Assembly: GCA_047947115.1 (NCBI GenBank)
Contig: CP170459.1
Span: 1,888,001 to 1,952,000, forward strand
From: Verrucomicrobiota bacterium
GTDB lineage: Bacteria; Verrucomicrobiota; Verrucomicrobiia; Limisphaerales; AAA164-E04
Direction: 5' to 3'
DNA: 64,000 nucleotides
The position numbers and the translations under genes were made by a program. Under the pieces are notes generated by a model that worked only from the letters and a program-made list of their open reading frames with translations, was not told the DNA's origin and did no database searches. Positions 11,301-20,800 of this stretch are shown in pieces (position 1 is the first letter of the stretch; each line of letters opens with the position of its first letter).

Positions 11301-14300
11301 TTGGTGGATGCACTCCTGGTCTATGAACAGGGAGACGCACGCGTCTGGGAATTGGAGGGGTTGGAAGTCGAATCCTATCCAATACCGAAGATCGCAACCA
11401 TGTTTGATCTTGCTCTCGAAATCATCGAACAAAAAGGCAAGCTTGAGATCAATTTTGACTACAGCACGGCTTTGTTTGAAGCATCTACGATTGAGCGTTG
11501 GGCGGCCTACTACGTCAGGTTGCTGAGCGAACTCCCGGGATTTCTTGAGAGTTCACCGTCGGAGATAGATTTTCTATCCGACGATGAGCGAACGAAACAA
11601 TTGGAGCAGTGGTCCTGTGGGCCCAGGATGACCTTGGGACTTGAGGAGAGCATTCTAGAACGTTTGTCCGCTCACGCCTCGGCCACGCCGGATGCGATTG
11701 CGCTGGCTTGCGACCAGGAAACTTGGACCTATGAGATGCTTGAAAGGAAGTTGCACCTCATTGCCCTCAAATTGAACCGAACGGGAGTCGGTCAGGGGGA
11801 TCGTGTTATACTTTGCGGGAAACGGCGATCTTCCACTGTCGCCGGCATACTTGGCATAATGAGGGCCGGAGCGGCCTACGTTCCCCTAGACCTGGATCTT
11901 CCAAGCGAACGTCAGCGCAGGATGATCGAGGTCGCCAAACCCTCGGCAATTCTGGTTGATCCCAGCCTGGATATACGGTTCGATTACTTCGATGGCCCCG
12001 TGCTGACGATCGATTTCGAATCGGTGAGCGAGCATGATGATTCCAATGAATTGCCCCGCATTTCTGCGAACGACACTGCCTATATCATCTTCACATCAGG
12101 CTCAACAGGTGAACCCAAGGGCGTCGTCATCAATCACGGAAATCTCACATATTCGAATCAAGCGCGATGCGTTTACTATGGCGATCGTTTTGTCACAGGC
12201 ATGATTTCTGTTGCTTCGTTCGGCTTTGACATGGCCATCGCCTCGGTGTTTTGGCCTCTCTACGATGGAGGGATCCTGATTCTGCCAAGAGACGGAGGCC
12301 AAAGCGACGTCCATTACCTGTTGCAGCTAGTGAAGCGCTGGCGTCCGTCTCATTGGCTGAGTGTACCTTCGCTGTATGCATTGCTTTTGGGGGAAACGGA
12401 TCTGAATGCGAACTCAGGGCTCAAGACGGTTGTCGTCGCGGGGGAGATTTGCCCCATCGACCTGATCAAGCTCCACAATAAACGGTTGCCAGGAGTGCCT
12501 GTCCACAATGAGTTCGGCCCAGCGGAAGGAACGGTTTGGTGCAACGTGGAACGCGTGGACCACCTCGACTACGGCAAATTGCGCTCCGTTCCTATCGGTA
12601 AGCCGATCGCTGAAACACGGTGTTATTTGCTCAATCATCGGCAAGCCCTGATCCCTCAGGGGGCTGTAGGCGAGCTTTGCATTGCCGGACCGGGAGTTGC
12701 TCAAGGTTACTTAGACTTGCCGGAGATAACCAAACACCGGTTCCTGGAGAATCCCTATCACCAAGGAGTGTGGCAGCGCCTTTATCGAACTGGAGATCTG
12801 GCAAGGTATCGACCTGGTGGAAGTATCGAGTTTGTAGGGCGCATGGAGGGTGTTTTGAAGGTTGGTGGGAGGCGCGTGGAGATTTCCGAAATAGAACGAG
12901 TGATGCTTGCTGTCGAAGGCGTGGAGGAGGCCATTGTTATTCCCAAGACATCCGGCGACAACATCGATCAGGCGTCCTTGGTAGGCTTCGTCACATTACG
13001 AGACAACAACGGGTCGATGTGTCCGACCGAACAGGCCATGGACCTTTTACGAGAACGATTGGAACATTTCCTCCCGAATTACATGGTTCCATCCGAGCTT
13101 ATCGTGCTGGATACGATTCCCCGCAACCTTAACGGAAAAGCTGATCGCAAGCGGCTCGCCCAAATGGATTGTGCCAACGCGAAACCCACCTTGGCAACGG
13201 AGGCGAGATGGCATCCTTCGACTCCGAAGGAATTGGCTTTGGTAGAGGTTTGGCAAGACGTTTTGGGCGTTAAAGAGGTGGCCTCAACCGACAGTTTTAT
13301 CTCTCTCGGAGGGGACTCCATCAAGTCTATTCAAGTGGTCGCGCGATTGCAGAGCAAGGGATATCGATTGACGGCCTCCGAGCTGTTCCGAAAGCGTACC
13401 GTTCAGAAGGTGGCTGTTCAGATGGTGAGGCATTCCGATACCAACAGGGAGTGTTCTCCACTGGGTGATATTCGTTTGGGGCCGATCCATCAATGGTTTT
13501 TTGATTCTTTCCCCGAGCTCGAACAGCGTTGTTTTTGCCAAGCAACCGTTGTCCGGTTTGGATCAAAGGTCGTGTTGGAGCATGTTTCCCAGGCTTGGGG
13601 CGAAGTGATATGTCATCATGATGTTCTCCGCATGCATGTCCAACGGGATGCCGTGGGGCGGCCTGGTTTATACGTCCCGCCTTCTGTGAATCCTGAGGCT
13701 CCTTCCGTCGATTTATTTGAATTGGAGTCCGAGGCCGCTGTGGGCGAGGCGATCCCGGAACTGGCGCGTCGATTGCAGGCAAGCCTTGACCCCGCCAATA
13801 CCCCGCAAATCCGATTGGCACTTGTCCGCACCCCCAAGGAGGACCGCATGCTTGTCGTCATTCATCATATTGCCGTGGATATGATTTCATGGCCCATCCT
13901 GCTCGAAGATTTTGAATCGGCCTACATCGCCGTTTCGAAGAGTAAGCCCCTCGAATTGCCGCGGAAGACCGCATCGTTTGCGTCCTGGACTCAATTTCTT
14001 GGGGGATTGCTGGGAAGTGATTGGTTCAAGAAACAACTGCCCTATTGGCAATCGACATCAACGCCACCCCCCATCCCTAGAGAGGACCGAGCCCTCGATT
14101 CGTCATCAAAGGAAAGGAACCCGGAAGCTTTCCGTAGCGTTTCGGTTTCCTTAGACGCCGAGCGGACGCGTTCTTTCTTGGCCTTTCAAGGAGAAGATTC
14201 TCAGATCCGATCACACGAACTCCTGCTCGCTGCCTACATGCGAATCCTGTCCCGATGGACGGGGGAGGAAAGGGTGACAGTGAGTTTGGAAGGACATGGC

Positions 14301-14879
14301 CGCTCCCTGTCGGGAGGCATGGGGCCGGATATTTCAAGAACGGTCGGCTGGTTCACATGCATGTACCCGGTCGCGTCGTCGTTTCCGGCGCCAAGCGATA
14401 ACGATAGGCTGCGGCGGGATGCCATCATAGTCAGGAACGCGCTACGTTCCATTCCTGACGACGGAATCGGCTTTTTCCTGTGGCGTTGGTTTTCCGAGGA
14501 AGGACAGCAGATTGGTGAAAAGCTTGAGTCTTGGGCGACCTTCAATTATCTGGGGGAAACGGATCGTTTTCATACGGGTGGAACGGGACTATTGGCAGAC
14601 ATTACCGAATGCCCGCCTGGGCCGAACGGCATTCTTCCTGGTCGCCGCCCACAGGCATTGGAGTTGGTGGCTTCGGTCGAGAAGGGTGTTTTGACGTTGT
14701 CTCTCCTCTACGATCCCCTTCATTTTTCATTCGAAACAATAACGGAGCAAGCGGGAGCAATTAGGGAAGACTTGGATCAAATGATTTCGGATTTCGAACG
14801 CGAGGCTGACCTAAACATTGAAATACCGAAGCAGCACGCACCAGATCCCCTTATTCAGGAACTCTTAGAGGATGCTTAG
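5382..14879 (+). CDS. Hybrid PKS-NRPS: docking-KS-AT-ACP-aminotransferase-C-A(His-like)-T-E
   Basis: KS DTACSSS/EAHGTGT/GHLEAAAG; AT GHSIGE and HAIHS; ACP GLDSL; class III aminotransferase FDEMLTGFR..YGKVVGGG; C HHIVIDG; A FTSGSTGEPKG with hand-read code DMALVAEVWK; T GGDSI; E HHIAVD/EGHGR/RTVGWFT. Confidence 0.95.
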   Translation: MSDVNILKKAYITLKETKSELARLRGERHEPIAIIGMACQFPGGVETLEDYWSLLERGGEGISDVPPDRWAKGDYYDTNEDAPGKMYTRRAGFLERDVYGFDAEFFGLTPKEARAMDPQHRLFIEGCWRAMEDAGLDVSQLKGSRTGVFAGISGMDYVAAHLHSGDLNLVDAYSVTGIAFSTLTGRVSYLFGFEGPSMAVDTACSSSLVSLHLAVQSLRRRECDLALVGGVNLILNPEIHVGFSKLKGLSRDGRCKTFSKDADGHGRGEGVGVIVLRRLSDAQDKLDAVRGIIRGTAVNQDGRSVGFTAPNGRSQERVIREALLDGLVSAEEVAYVEAHGTGTPLGDPIEMDALNRTYCSSVSGRGETPLVVGSVKANMGHLEAAAGIAGIIKSILMLERRRFVPQINISAPNPHIPWSEMPIRISDPAMNWQTHDEGATLLSAVSAFGFSGTNAHIILESARADSGDSLESESGLLDRDWEVVCLAAKSRKALASLSQRLSDQVESGSSEDASLKDLAFSSRHRRTMHRVRCAVAASTKTELIEGLRQRVGEIMKMESVAGELDSESRPQIAFLFTGQGSQYFRMGRELYEGVPVFRDAFERCDRWLRVHANLSVIELVYEDETESSLHRTANTQPVIFSIGYALSEMWRYWGIEPDAVLGHSIGEFVAACVAGVFSLEDALLMVATRGRLIQQLPEDGAMGVVVANAKAVAEVMESVSGCVTIAADNAPENTVISGDAAAVDQVLKHFKRRNIPARRLRISHAIHSPKMETILDAFEKAVAQVAFHPPRLPIHSNVTGCLIGDEIASVAYWREQIVKPVRFREAIQRLHASGCSVFLEIGGVSTLSSLGVQCLPGSKCTWLPSLGANSSMFNMLPNREEGHSDWKSVMTTLGALFTLGLDVHWAKVDEGRSFSFERLPGHPFFPVHFRVDAPVLAMPQQSGLVDSVRDGQVEHQTESKSDGGAAHSNPHNDEMAFMREETCLNLVKRMVQEVSGLSESALTGELNWLELGLDSLMIARLREQALSVFQVEVEMSAFFEDASTPRRLADYLKLRMPATANKEPSVGSRTNSSGSLVGDENRFEPGDVPVSNDHSKIKDIFAQQLKTVQDLIDRQLDVLRQSDTSSGGGAAALPDREALERMTRSANARSMVFDKDSLTTEQQGFLERFIQRYNAKTAKSKTYTQQNRRVFVDWINSLGFRRTLKELIYPIVSDGSKGSKIRDIDGNEYIDLAIGYGVSFFGHGFEPVVNSVCEQMQRGYDLGPQSKTAADVARLISKITGVERVAFGNTGSEAVMIALRLARTVTQKNHVVMFAGSYHGISDGALALPALNGRSAPSAFGIPPEMVHNVTVLPYGTQEAIEAIESMAGQLAAVLVEPVQSRRPGFQPREFLHQVRKITEENGVILIFDEMLTGFRIQPDGAQGYFGVQADLVTYGKVVGGGFPIGVVAGKAEVMDAVDGGPWEYGDDSIPDKDVTFFAGTFCKHPVTMAAAYAVLNHIDTLGAEPYMALRERSQAFVDRLNTFFTSERLPFEANCFGPMFRLEAAGRYHLMLQPLELDLLFYLLMEKGVYTWERRICSWSFAHTQADFEAVYQAIVDSVAELRSGGFKLEISSKESGATPMIDGTVNPSNQNLALTSLPASAAQRRIHALDHLEDSDSEPQAYQMQAGYWISGEIDFERMAWVIQEIGRRHEALRTRFYFEDGQLWQRIDESVPFHLERKESESLSPQDWINKFRERFHLESGGLFRAWIVDFTESRNQHLLLLGSHHIVIDGISWNLIGQEFAAIYAGQSLPYPSHQYQDFCIRMNDRAVSEQAERSRQFWGEQFAGEVPVLDLPTDFVRPRERSSQGGSVHVTVPEETVANLRALGRKEGLSMFMILFGGFNLLLHRLTGQTDLVVGTPVGGRPSMDFDRTVGMFANTLAIRTGVDPENTVLGYLRHVRSVMAKAGDHQDYPLELLSSELNLERDPSRSGLVDALLVYEQGDARVWELEGLEVESYPIPKIATMFDLALEIIEQKGKLEINFDYSTALFEASTIERWAAYYVRLLSELPGFLESSPSEIDFLSDDERTKQLEQWSCGPRMTLGLEESILERLSAHASATPDAIALACDQETWTYEMLERKLHLIALKLNRTGVGQGDRVILCGKRRSSTVAGILGIMRAGAAYVPLDLDLPSERQRRMIEVAKPSAILVDPSLDIRFDYFDGPVLTIDFESVSEHDDSNELPRISANDTAYIIFTSGSTGEPKGVVINHGNLTYSNQARCVYYGDRFVTGMISVASFGFDMAIASVFWPLYDGGILILPRDGGQSDVHYLLQLVKRWRPSHWLSVPSLYALLLGETDLNANSGLKTVVVAGEICPIDLIKLHNKRLPGVPVHNEFGPAEGTVWCNVERVDHLDYGKLRSVPIGKPIAETRCYLLNHRQALIPQGAVGELCIAGPGVAQGYLDLPEITKHRFLENPYHQGVWQRLYRTGDLARYRPGGSIEFVGRMEGVLKVGGRRVEISEIERVMLAVEGVEEAIVIPKTSGDNIDQASLVGFVTLRDNNGSMCPTEQAMDLLRERLEHFLPNYMVPSELIVLDTIPRNLNGKADRKRLAQMDCANAKPTLATEARWHPSTPKELALVEVWQDVLGVKEVASTDSFISLGGDSIKSIQVVARLQSKGYRLTASELFRKRTVQKVAVQMVRHSDTNRECSPLGDIRLGPIHQWFFDSFPELEQRCFCQATVVRFGSKVVLEHVSQAWGEVICHHDVLRMHVQRDAVGRPGLYVPPSVNPEAPSVDLFELESEAAVGEAIPELARRLQASLDPANTPQIRLALVRTPKEDRMLVVIHHIAVDMISWPILLEDFESAYIAVSKSKPLELPRKTASFASWTQFLGGLLGSDWFKKQLPYWQSTSTPPPIPREDRALDSSSKERNPEAFRSVSVSLDAERTRSFLAFQGEDSQIRSHELLLAAYMRILSRWTGEERVTVSLEGHGRSLSGGMGPDISRTVGWFTCMYPVASSFPAPSDNDRLRRDAIIVRNALRSIPDDGIGFFLWRWFSEEGQQIGEKLESWATFNYLGETDRFHTGGTGLLADITECPPGPNGILPGRRPQALELVASVEKGVLTLSLLYDPLHFSFETITEQAGAIREDLDQMISDFEREADLNIEIPKQHAPDPLIQELLEDA

Positions 14880-17800
14880 ACAAGAACAGATCGCGGAAAC
14901 TTACCCGCTGACTCCTTTGCAGGAGGGAATGCTTTTTCACGAGCGTGAAGGGACATCCGGGCAGGCTTATTTTGAACAGTTTGCCTTTACCTTTGAGGGC
15001 GAGCTGGATATCGATCTCTTTTTTTCCAGTTGGAATGAGGTGATTCGCCGACATCCGGTACTTCGGACGATATTTGCTTTCCAAAAAGCGGCGCGACCGA
15101 TGCAACTCGTCTTGAAAGAGTGGGAGGCCAAACCGGAAATCCTGGATTGGCGATCAATGGATTCCCATCGCGTCGATTCGGACTTGGAAACTTTGAAACG
15201 GGACGATCGTCAGCGCCCGTTCCAGCTCAACAAAGAACCCCCCACCCGGTGGACGCTTGTGATGCTGCCGGATCGGAAGATGGTGGTGCTTTGGAGTCAT
15301 CACCATATTATTCTCGATGGCTGGAGCGGAGGGGTTTTACTGAAAGAAGTCCTTGAGGTTTATCAGTCCAAACTTTTGGGGGAAGTCCAGGAATGGAAGG
15401 CTCCACCGAGTTTTAAATCTTTTGTTGAGTGGCTTGAGCAGACGGACTCTTCTGTGGGGTTGGAGCATTGGGATCGTGTCATGGCGACCATGGATGAGAT
15501 ACCTCAATTGCCTCGCGCGGTAGAGCGATCGGAGGACGGAACGTATGTCTTGGAAACGATCAAATTTGAACTTACGCGCGCGCACTCTCAAGCCTTGGAA
15601 CGGCTGGCGCTGGAGTGCGAGATGACCTTGGGGAGTCTGACACAGTTTTTATGGGGGATGGTGGCGGCTCGTTGCGCTGGCAATCTACATACGGCTTTCT
15701 TGACCATTGTTTCAGGCAGAAGTCCGACTTTCCCAGGAATTGAAGATTCCGTGGGCCTCTTTATCAACTCCGTACCTGTCGTTGTCGCAGCTGAGGCCGA
15801 GGATTCCCTGAAAGCATTTGTGGAGCGCAGCTACGATGCATGGCTCGACTCGGAGCAATACCATCACGTTTCGCTGTCTGAAGTTCAGGGAAGGTTGGGT
15901 AGGGGGAGGCATTTCGATCACCTATTTGTGTTTATCAATTATCCCATGGACAAGATGTTGGATGCGTTTCAGCAGAAGTCTTTGGGCTTTCGGCTTGTCA
16001 AAGTGGATGTTTTTGAACATTCGAATTATGATTTGGAAGTGATCGTGCACCCCGGCGATCGAATCCGTTTTGATTTCAAATATAATTCCCATGTTTATTC
16101 CAGCGAGATTGTGTCCGGTTTGGCCGAGGCCATGAGGATTCTTCTTGAACAGGCGGGTTCAAGTCCGAACCCCTTGGTGAGTGATTTGGAGTTAGTATCC
16201 GAGGAAACCCGTTTGCGTTTAATGAATTGGGGAAAGGTGCGTGCGCCGAAAGAGGGAGTCCCTTCCATCATACGGCGCTTTCATTCGACCGCGCTGCAAT
16301 TTCCCGATCGAATGGCGTTGATTTCCGAAGAGGGGAATGTGAGCTACCGCGCGTTGTGGGCGGCAGTCACTTCGTTGGCTGAGGAGATGAGGGAAAAGCA
16401 CGGCATAGGGCCAGGAGACCGGGTGGGAGTGTGCATGCATTCTGGGCGGGGTATGGTGCTGGGCATTCTGGCAGTGCTACATGCCGGAGGAGTTTATGTC
16501 CCCCTTGATCCGAACTATCCTTTGGAGCGCTTAAGATGGATGGTGGAAGACAGCCAAATGCGACTGTTGATTTTGGAGGATGAACTGCAAGCCCGTTTCG
16601 AGGTAATGGGAGTTCGTGCTTTTTTGATTCAGGTATTTCCGAATGCTCAGGGAGAAACCCTGGAGGAATCCGAACCGGGAATTGAAGTTGGGGACGATGA
16701 TCCTGCTTATGTGATTTACACATCCGGTTCTACGGGAAACCCGAAAGGATGCGTTGTTTCGCATGGTAATGTCGCCAAATTGTTCCAACATGAGGGGTTT
16801 CAGTTTGATTTCAACGAGAAGGATGTTTGGATACTTGCTCATTCATTCTGCTTCGATTTTTCAGTTTGGGAAATGTATGGTGCACTCCTTTTTGGTGGGG
16901 TTCTTGTATTGCCCCCTCAAGAAGCCAGGCGCAATCCTGTTCAAATGGTCCGCCTGGTGCGCGAGCATGGCGTATCCGTTCTGAACCAGACTCCGGGGGC
17001 CTTCCTTCAGTTTGTGCAAGCGCATTTCGATGAGCATGAATGTTTGTCCCTCGGGGCGCTTCGATGGGTTATCTTTGGTGGCGATCGTTTGGAGCCAAGC
17101 CGTTTGAAGTTGTGGATACGGCGTTACCCACTTGAGCGCGTGCGTTTGGTGAACATGTATGGGATCACTGAAACAACGGTTCATGTTACCTTCTACCGAT
17201 TGACTGAAACTGACGTGGAAGCCGGCTTAGGAGGGCGCAGTCCGATAGGGCTACCTCTTCCGCATATGGAAGCCTATCTTTGTGATCCATGTTTAAAACT
17301 TGTTCCGCCAGGGATTCCTGGCGAATTTTATATAGGGGGGAGCGGAGTCAGTCTTGGGTATCTGAACCGTCCTGAGTTAACCGAACACCGATTCCTTCAC
17401 AGTCCATTTCGCCACGGAGAGCGTGTTTACCGCACGGGTGACCTCGGAATTTGGCATCCCGATGGTCGGCTTGAATACATTGGCCGGAACGATACACAGG
17501 CCCAGATACGTGGTTTTCGTGTTGAGATGGGCGAGATCGAGGTCCGTGTGCAGCAATTGCCCGGAGTACGCGAAGCTGTTGCAATGCCGGTTTCAGTCGG
17601 TTCAGGTGAAGATGAAGCGATCGCTGCCTACCTTTTGTTGGAAGACGAGGTGAAACGTCGAGGCGAGTTTTCGTCGGAATTCGCCAGAAAATTCCTTGCC
17701 GAGAGAATTCCGACCTACATGGTTCCGAGCTTCTTCATCGTCCTGGATTCGTTCCCGTTGAATCACAATGGAAAAATCGATCGGCATGCGCTTCCTGATC

Positions 17801-20800
17801 CCAGGGTAGCCGCCGCCAGGGCTAGCACGGAAGACATGCCGCGCACGGAGGAAGAGCGTGTTATTTCCAAAATCTGGGCGGAAGCATTGGAACTTGATCA
17901 GGTCGGAATCCGCGACAACTTTTTTGACCTTGGGGGGCACAGTCTTGTGGCGACCCGTATTGCCTCAAGGATTTACAAACAACTTGGAGTTTCGGTGCCG
18001 ATTCGAATGTTTTTCGAGGAATCGACAGTGGAGGCAATAGCCCGAGAGGTTGAGCACGGAAAACCTCTGCCCGAGGAACCTTTGGTGGCGGTGCCTCGGC
18101 AGGATTCCTATCCTCTTTCGAATGCCCAGCGCCGTATGTGGGTTGCAGATCAAGTGAAGGGTGGGGAACCTGCTTACAACCTGGTTGCGCGATACAGACT
18201 CCAGGGATCCTTGAATGTCGAAGCACTTCAAAAAAGCATCTCCTGGGTGGTTGATCGACATGAATCGCTTCGCACATCCATTCATCAGATCGACGGTGAA
18301 CCACGTCAGGTTATCAGTCCGCGAGGTATATTTTCACTGAAAGTTCATGAACGAACCACGGGTGAAGCAGCGGAGGTAATGATTGCCCAGATGGGAAAAG
18401 CCCCTTTCGATTTGGCGGCAACTTCTCTTCTTCGGGTCAGCCTGTTTCCGCTTGGTGCTCAGGAGTGGATACTTGTTTTTTGCCTCCACCACATCATCAC
18501 CGATGGCTGGTCCCTCAGTCTGATGGCCTATCAAATCGGAGTGGCCTACGAGTCATTTTCCGCCGGTCATGCACCAGGGCTACCCGATCTGAAAATCCAT
18601 TACAAGGAATACGCCGATTGGCAGGGACGGGTCATGCGGAGTGGCAAGTTGACACGAGATCGCTCCTACTGGCTCGAACGATTTGGAGAGCATCCTGAAC
18701 CGCTCGATTTGCCTTATGACCATCCGCGTCCGATCGAAAAGTCCTTTGTAGGACAGCACACTCGATTTCAAATGGATAAGGTGCGTCTGGTTGCCCTTCG
18801 AACCCTGGCTGAACGAAACGGAGCGACCTTGTTCATGTCCCTCACCGCTGTCGTCAAGGTTTTGCTGGAACGATTGAGTGGGAATCAGGATATCGTCGTT
18901 GGGACGCCGATCGCCGGCAGGGACCATCCTGACCTGGAAGATCAATTGGGGTGTTATCTGAACACTCTTGCCCTACGGACGACCATTTCAGGCAGAGCCT
19001 CATTCCGGGAAGTATTGCGTGCGGTGAGGACCACGGTGACCGACGCATTCGAACATCGTGAATATCCTTTTGACGTGCTGGTGGATGAATTGCAACTGAG
19101 GCGGGATACTGGACGAGCTCCCTTGTTTGACGTGCTCCTCGGGCTTCAAAGTCAAGCCCCGGTCCTCTTTGGTTTGTCGGGTATTCAGGTGAACTCGGAA
19201 CCCGTGGAAACGGGAAGCAGTAAGTTCGATATTACGTGGAGTTTCGAAGAAGCCGAGGATTGCTTAATGGTCGATATCGAGATCAATACCGATTTGTGGG
19301 ATTCGGAAAGAGCGGGGGATTTTTTCGAACAGTTCCAGCGAATTGTTTCTTTCGCCGTAGAGCATCCGGATGCCGATTTGTCGGAGTTATCCCTGGTGAC
19401 GGATCTGGTCAGAAGGCAAATAGAATCGGAATGGAATCCGGGATGCACACCGTTTCCGGACATGACCGATGTGGCGTCCATGTTTGAAGAACGCGTGGAG
19501 GAATCGCCCGAGGCTATTGCGCTTTGGGATGCCGGCACAGAATTAAGTTATCTCGAATTGAACGGTCGGGCTAACGAGGTGGCTATGGGGTTGCGATCGA
19601 AATTCGAGATCCATCCCGGTGATCATGTTGGCGTGTGCGTTTCCCGCGGAACGGAAGCCATTGTGGTGATCCTGGCGATCCTGAAATTAGGTGCCGTTTA
19701 TGTGCCGATCGATACCTCGTTTCCCGCAGAACGGGCAATTTACCTGGCGCGTGACGGGGAATGCCGCTTGATTGTGAGCGATGAAAGGCAGATGGCGCGA
19801 TTGAGCGAAGGGTTACCGTTCGATTCAGATATTCGCTTGGTGCCAGTCGACCGCTTGTTCGCTCAACTGGAGATGGTTTTCAAAGTGGATGCACGTCGAC
19901 CGGATAACCTCGCATATATCATGTACACCTCTGGATCAACCGGTCTTCCCAAGGGAGTCGCGGTGACACACCGATCGGTTGTGCGTCTGGTTTGCAATAC
20001 AAACTACATCGATCTGAAACAGGGAGATCGTGTGCTGCAGTTCTCGAATATTGCTTTCGATGGTTCCGTGTTTGATATTTTCGGTCCTCTTCTCAATGGA
20101 GCCGCCTTGGTTCTTGTTGACGAGGAAAGTGCTCGGGATCTGGTAAGGTTGCGGGATTTGGTTATGAAAAGCGGTGCGAATATCTCCTTTGTCACGACCG
20201 CGCTTTTCAACCAGTTGGTTGACTTTGATCTCAATTTGCTTGGCAAATTTCGTGCCCTGCTCTTCGGAGGGCAGGAAGCGTCTGTGGATCATGTGAGAAG
20301 AGCCCGTGCCGGCTCATCCGGACTTAAGGAACTGATCCATGTTTATGGTCCGACCGAGACGACGACCTTCGCTACCTTCTATCCTGTCATGAAACTGTCT
20401 GAGGGGTGCCCTCGCGTTCCGATTGGGCGCCCGATCAGCAATACATCGGCCTATGTCTTGGACGCCTACCTGAACCTTCAACCTCCGGGTGTTCCAGGGG
20501 ATCTTTATATAGGAGGACCAGGGTTGGCTAGGGGGTATTGGCGTCATGAGGAGTCAACTCGCGCCCAATTCATTGAGCATCCCTTTCTGAAAGGTGAACG
20601 TCTCTACGCGACCGGGGATCGAGCCATGTGGAATAGGGAAGGCCAGTTGGAATTCCTTGGGCGACGCGATGGTCAAGTCAAGATCCGTGGCTACCGAATC
20701 GAGTTGAGCGAGATCGAGAACGTACTCCTAGGGTATCCGAATTTGTTGCGAGTAGCTGTCACGGCGCGCTCCAACATGTTGGACGGCACGAAGGAGATTG

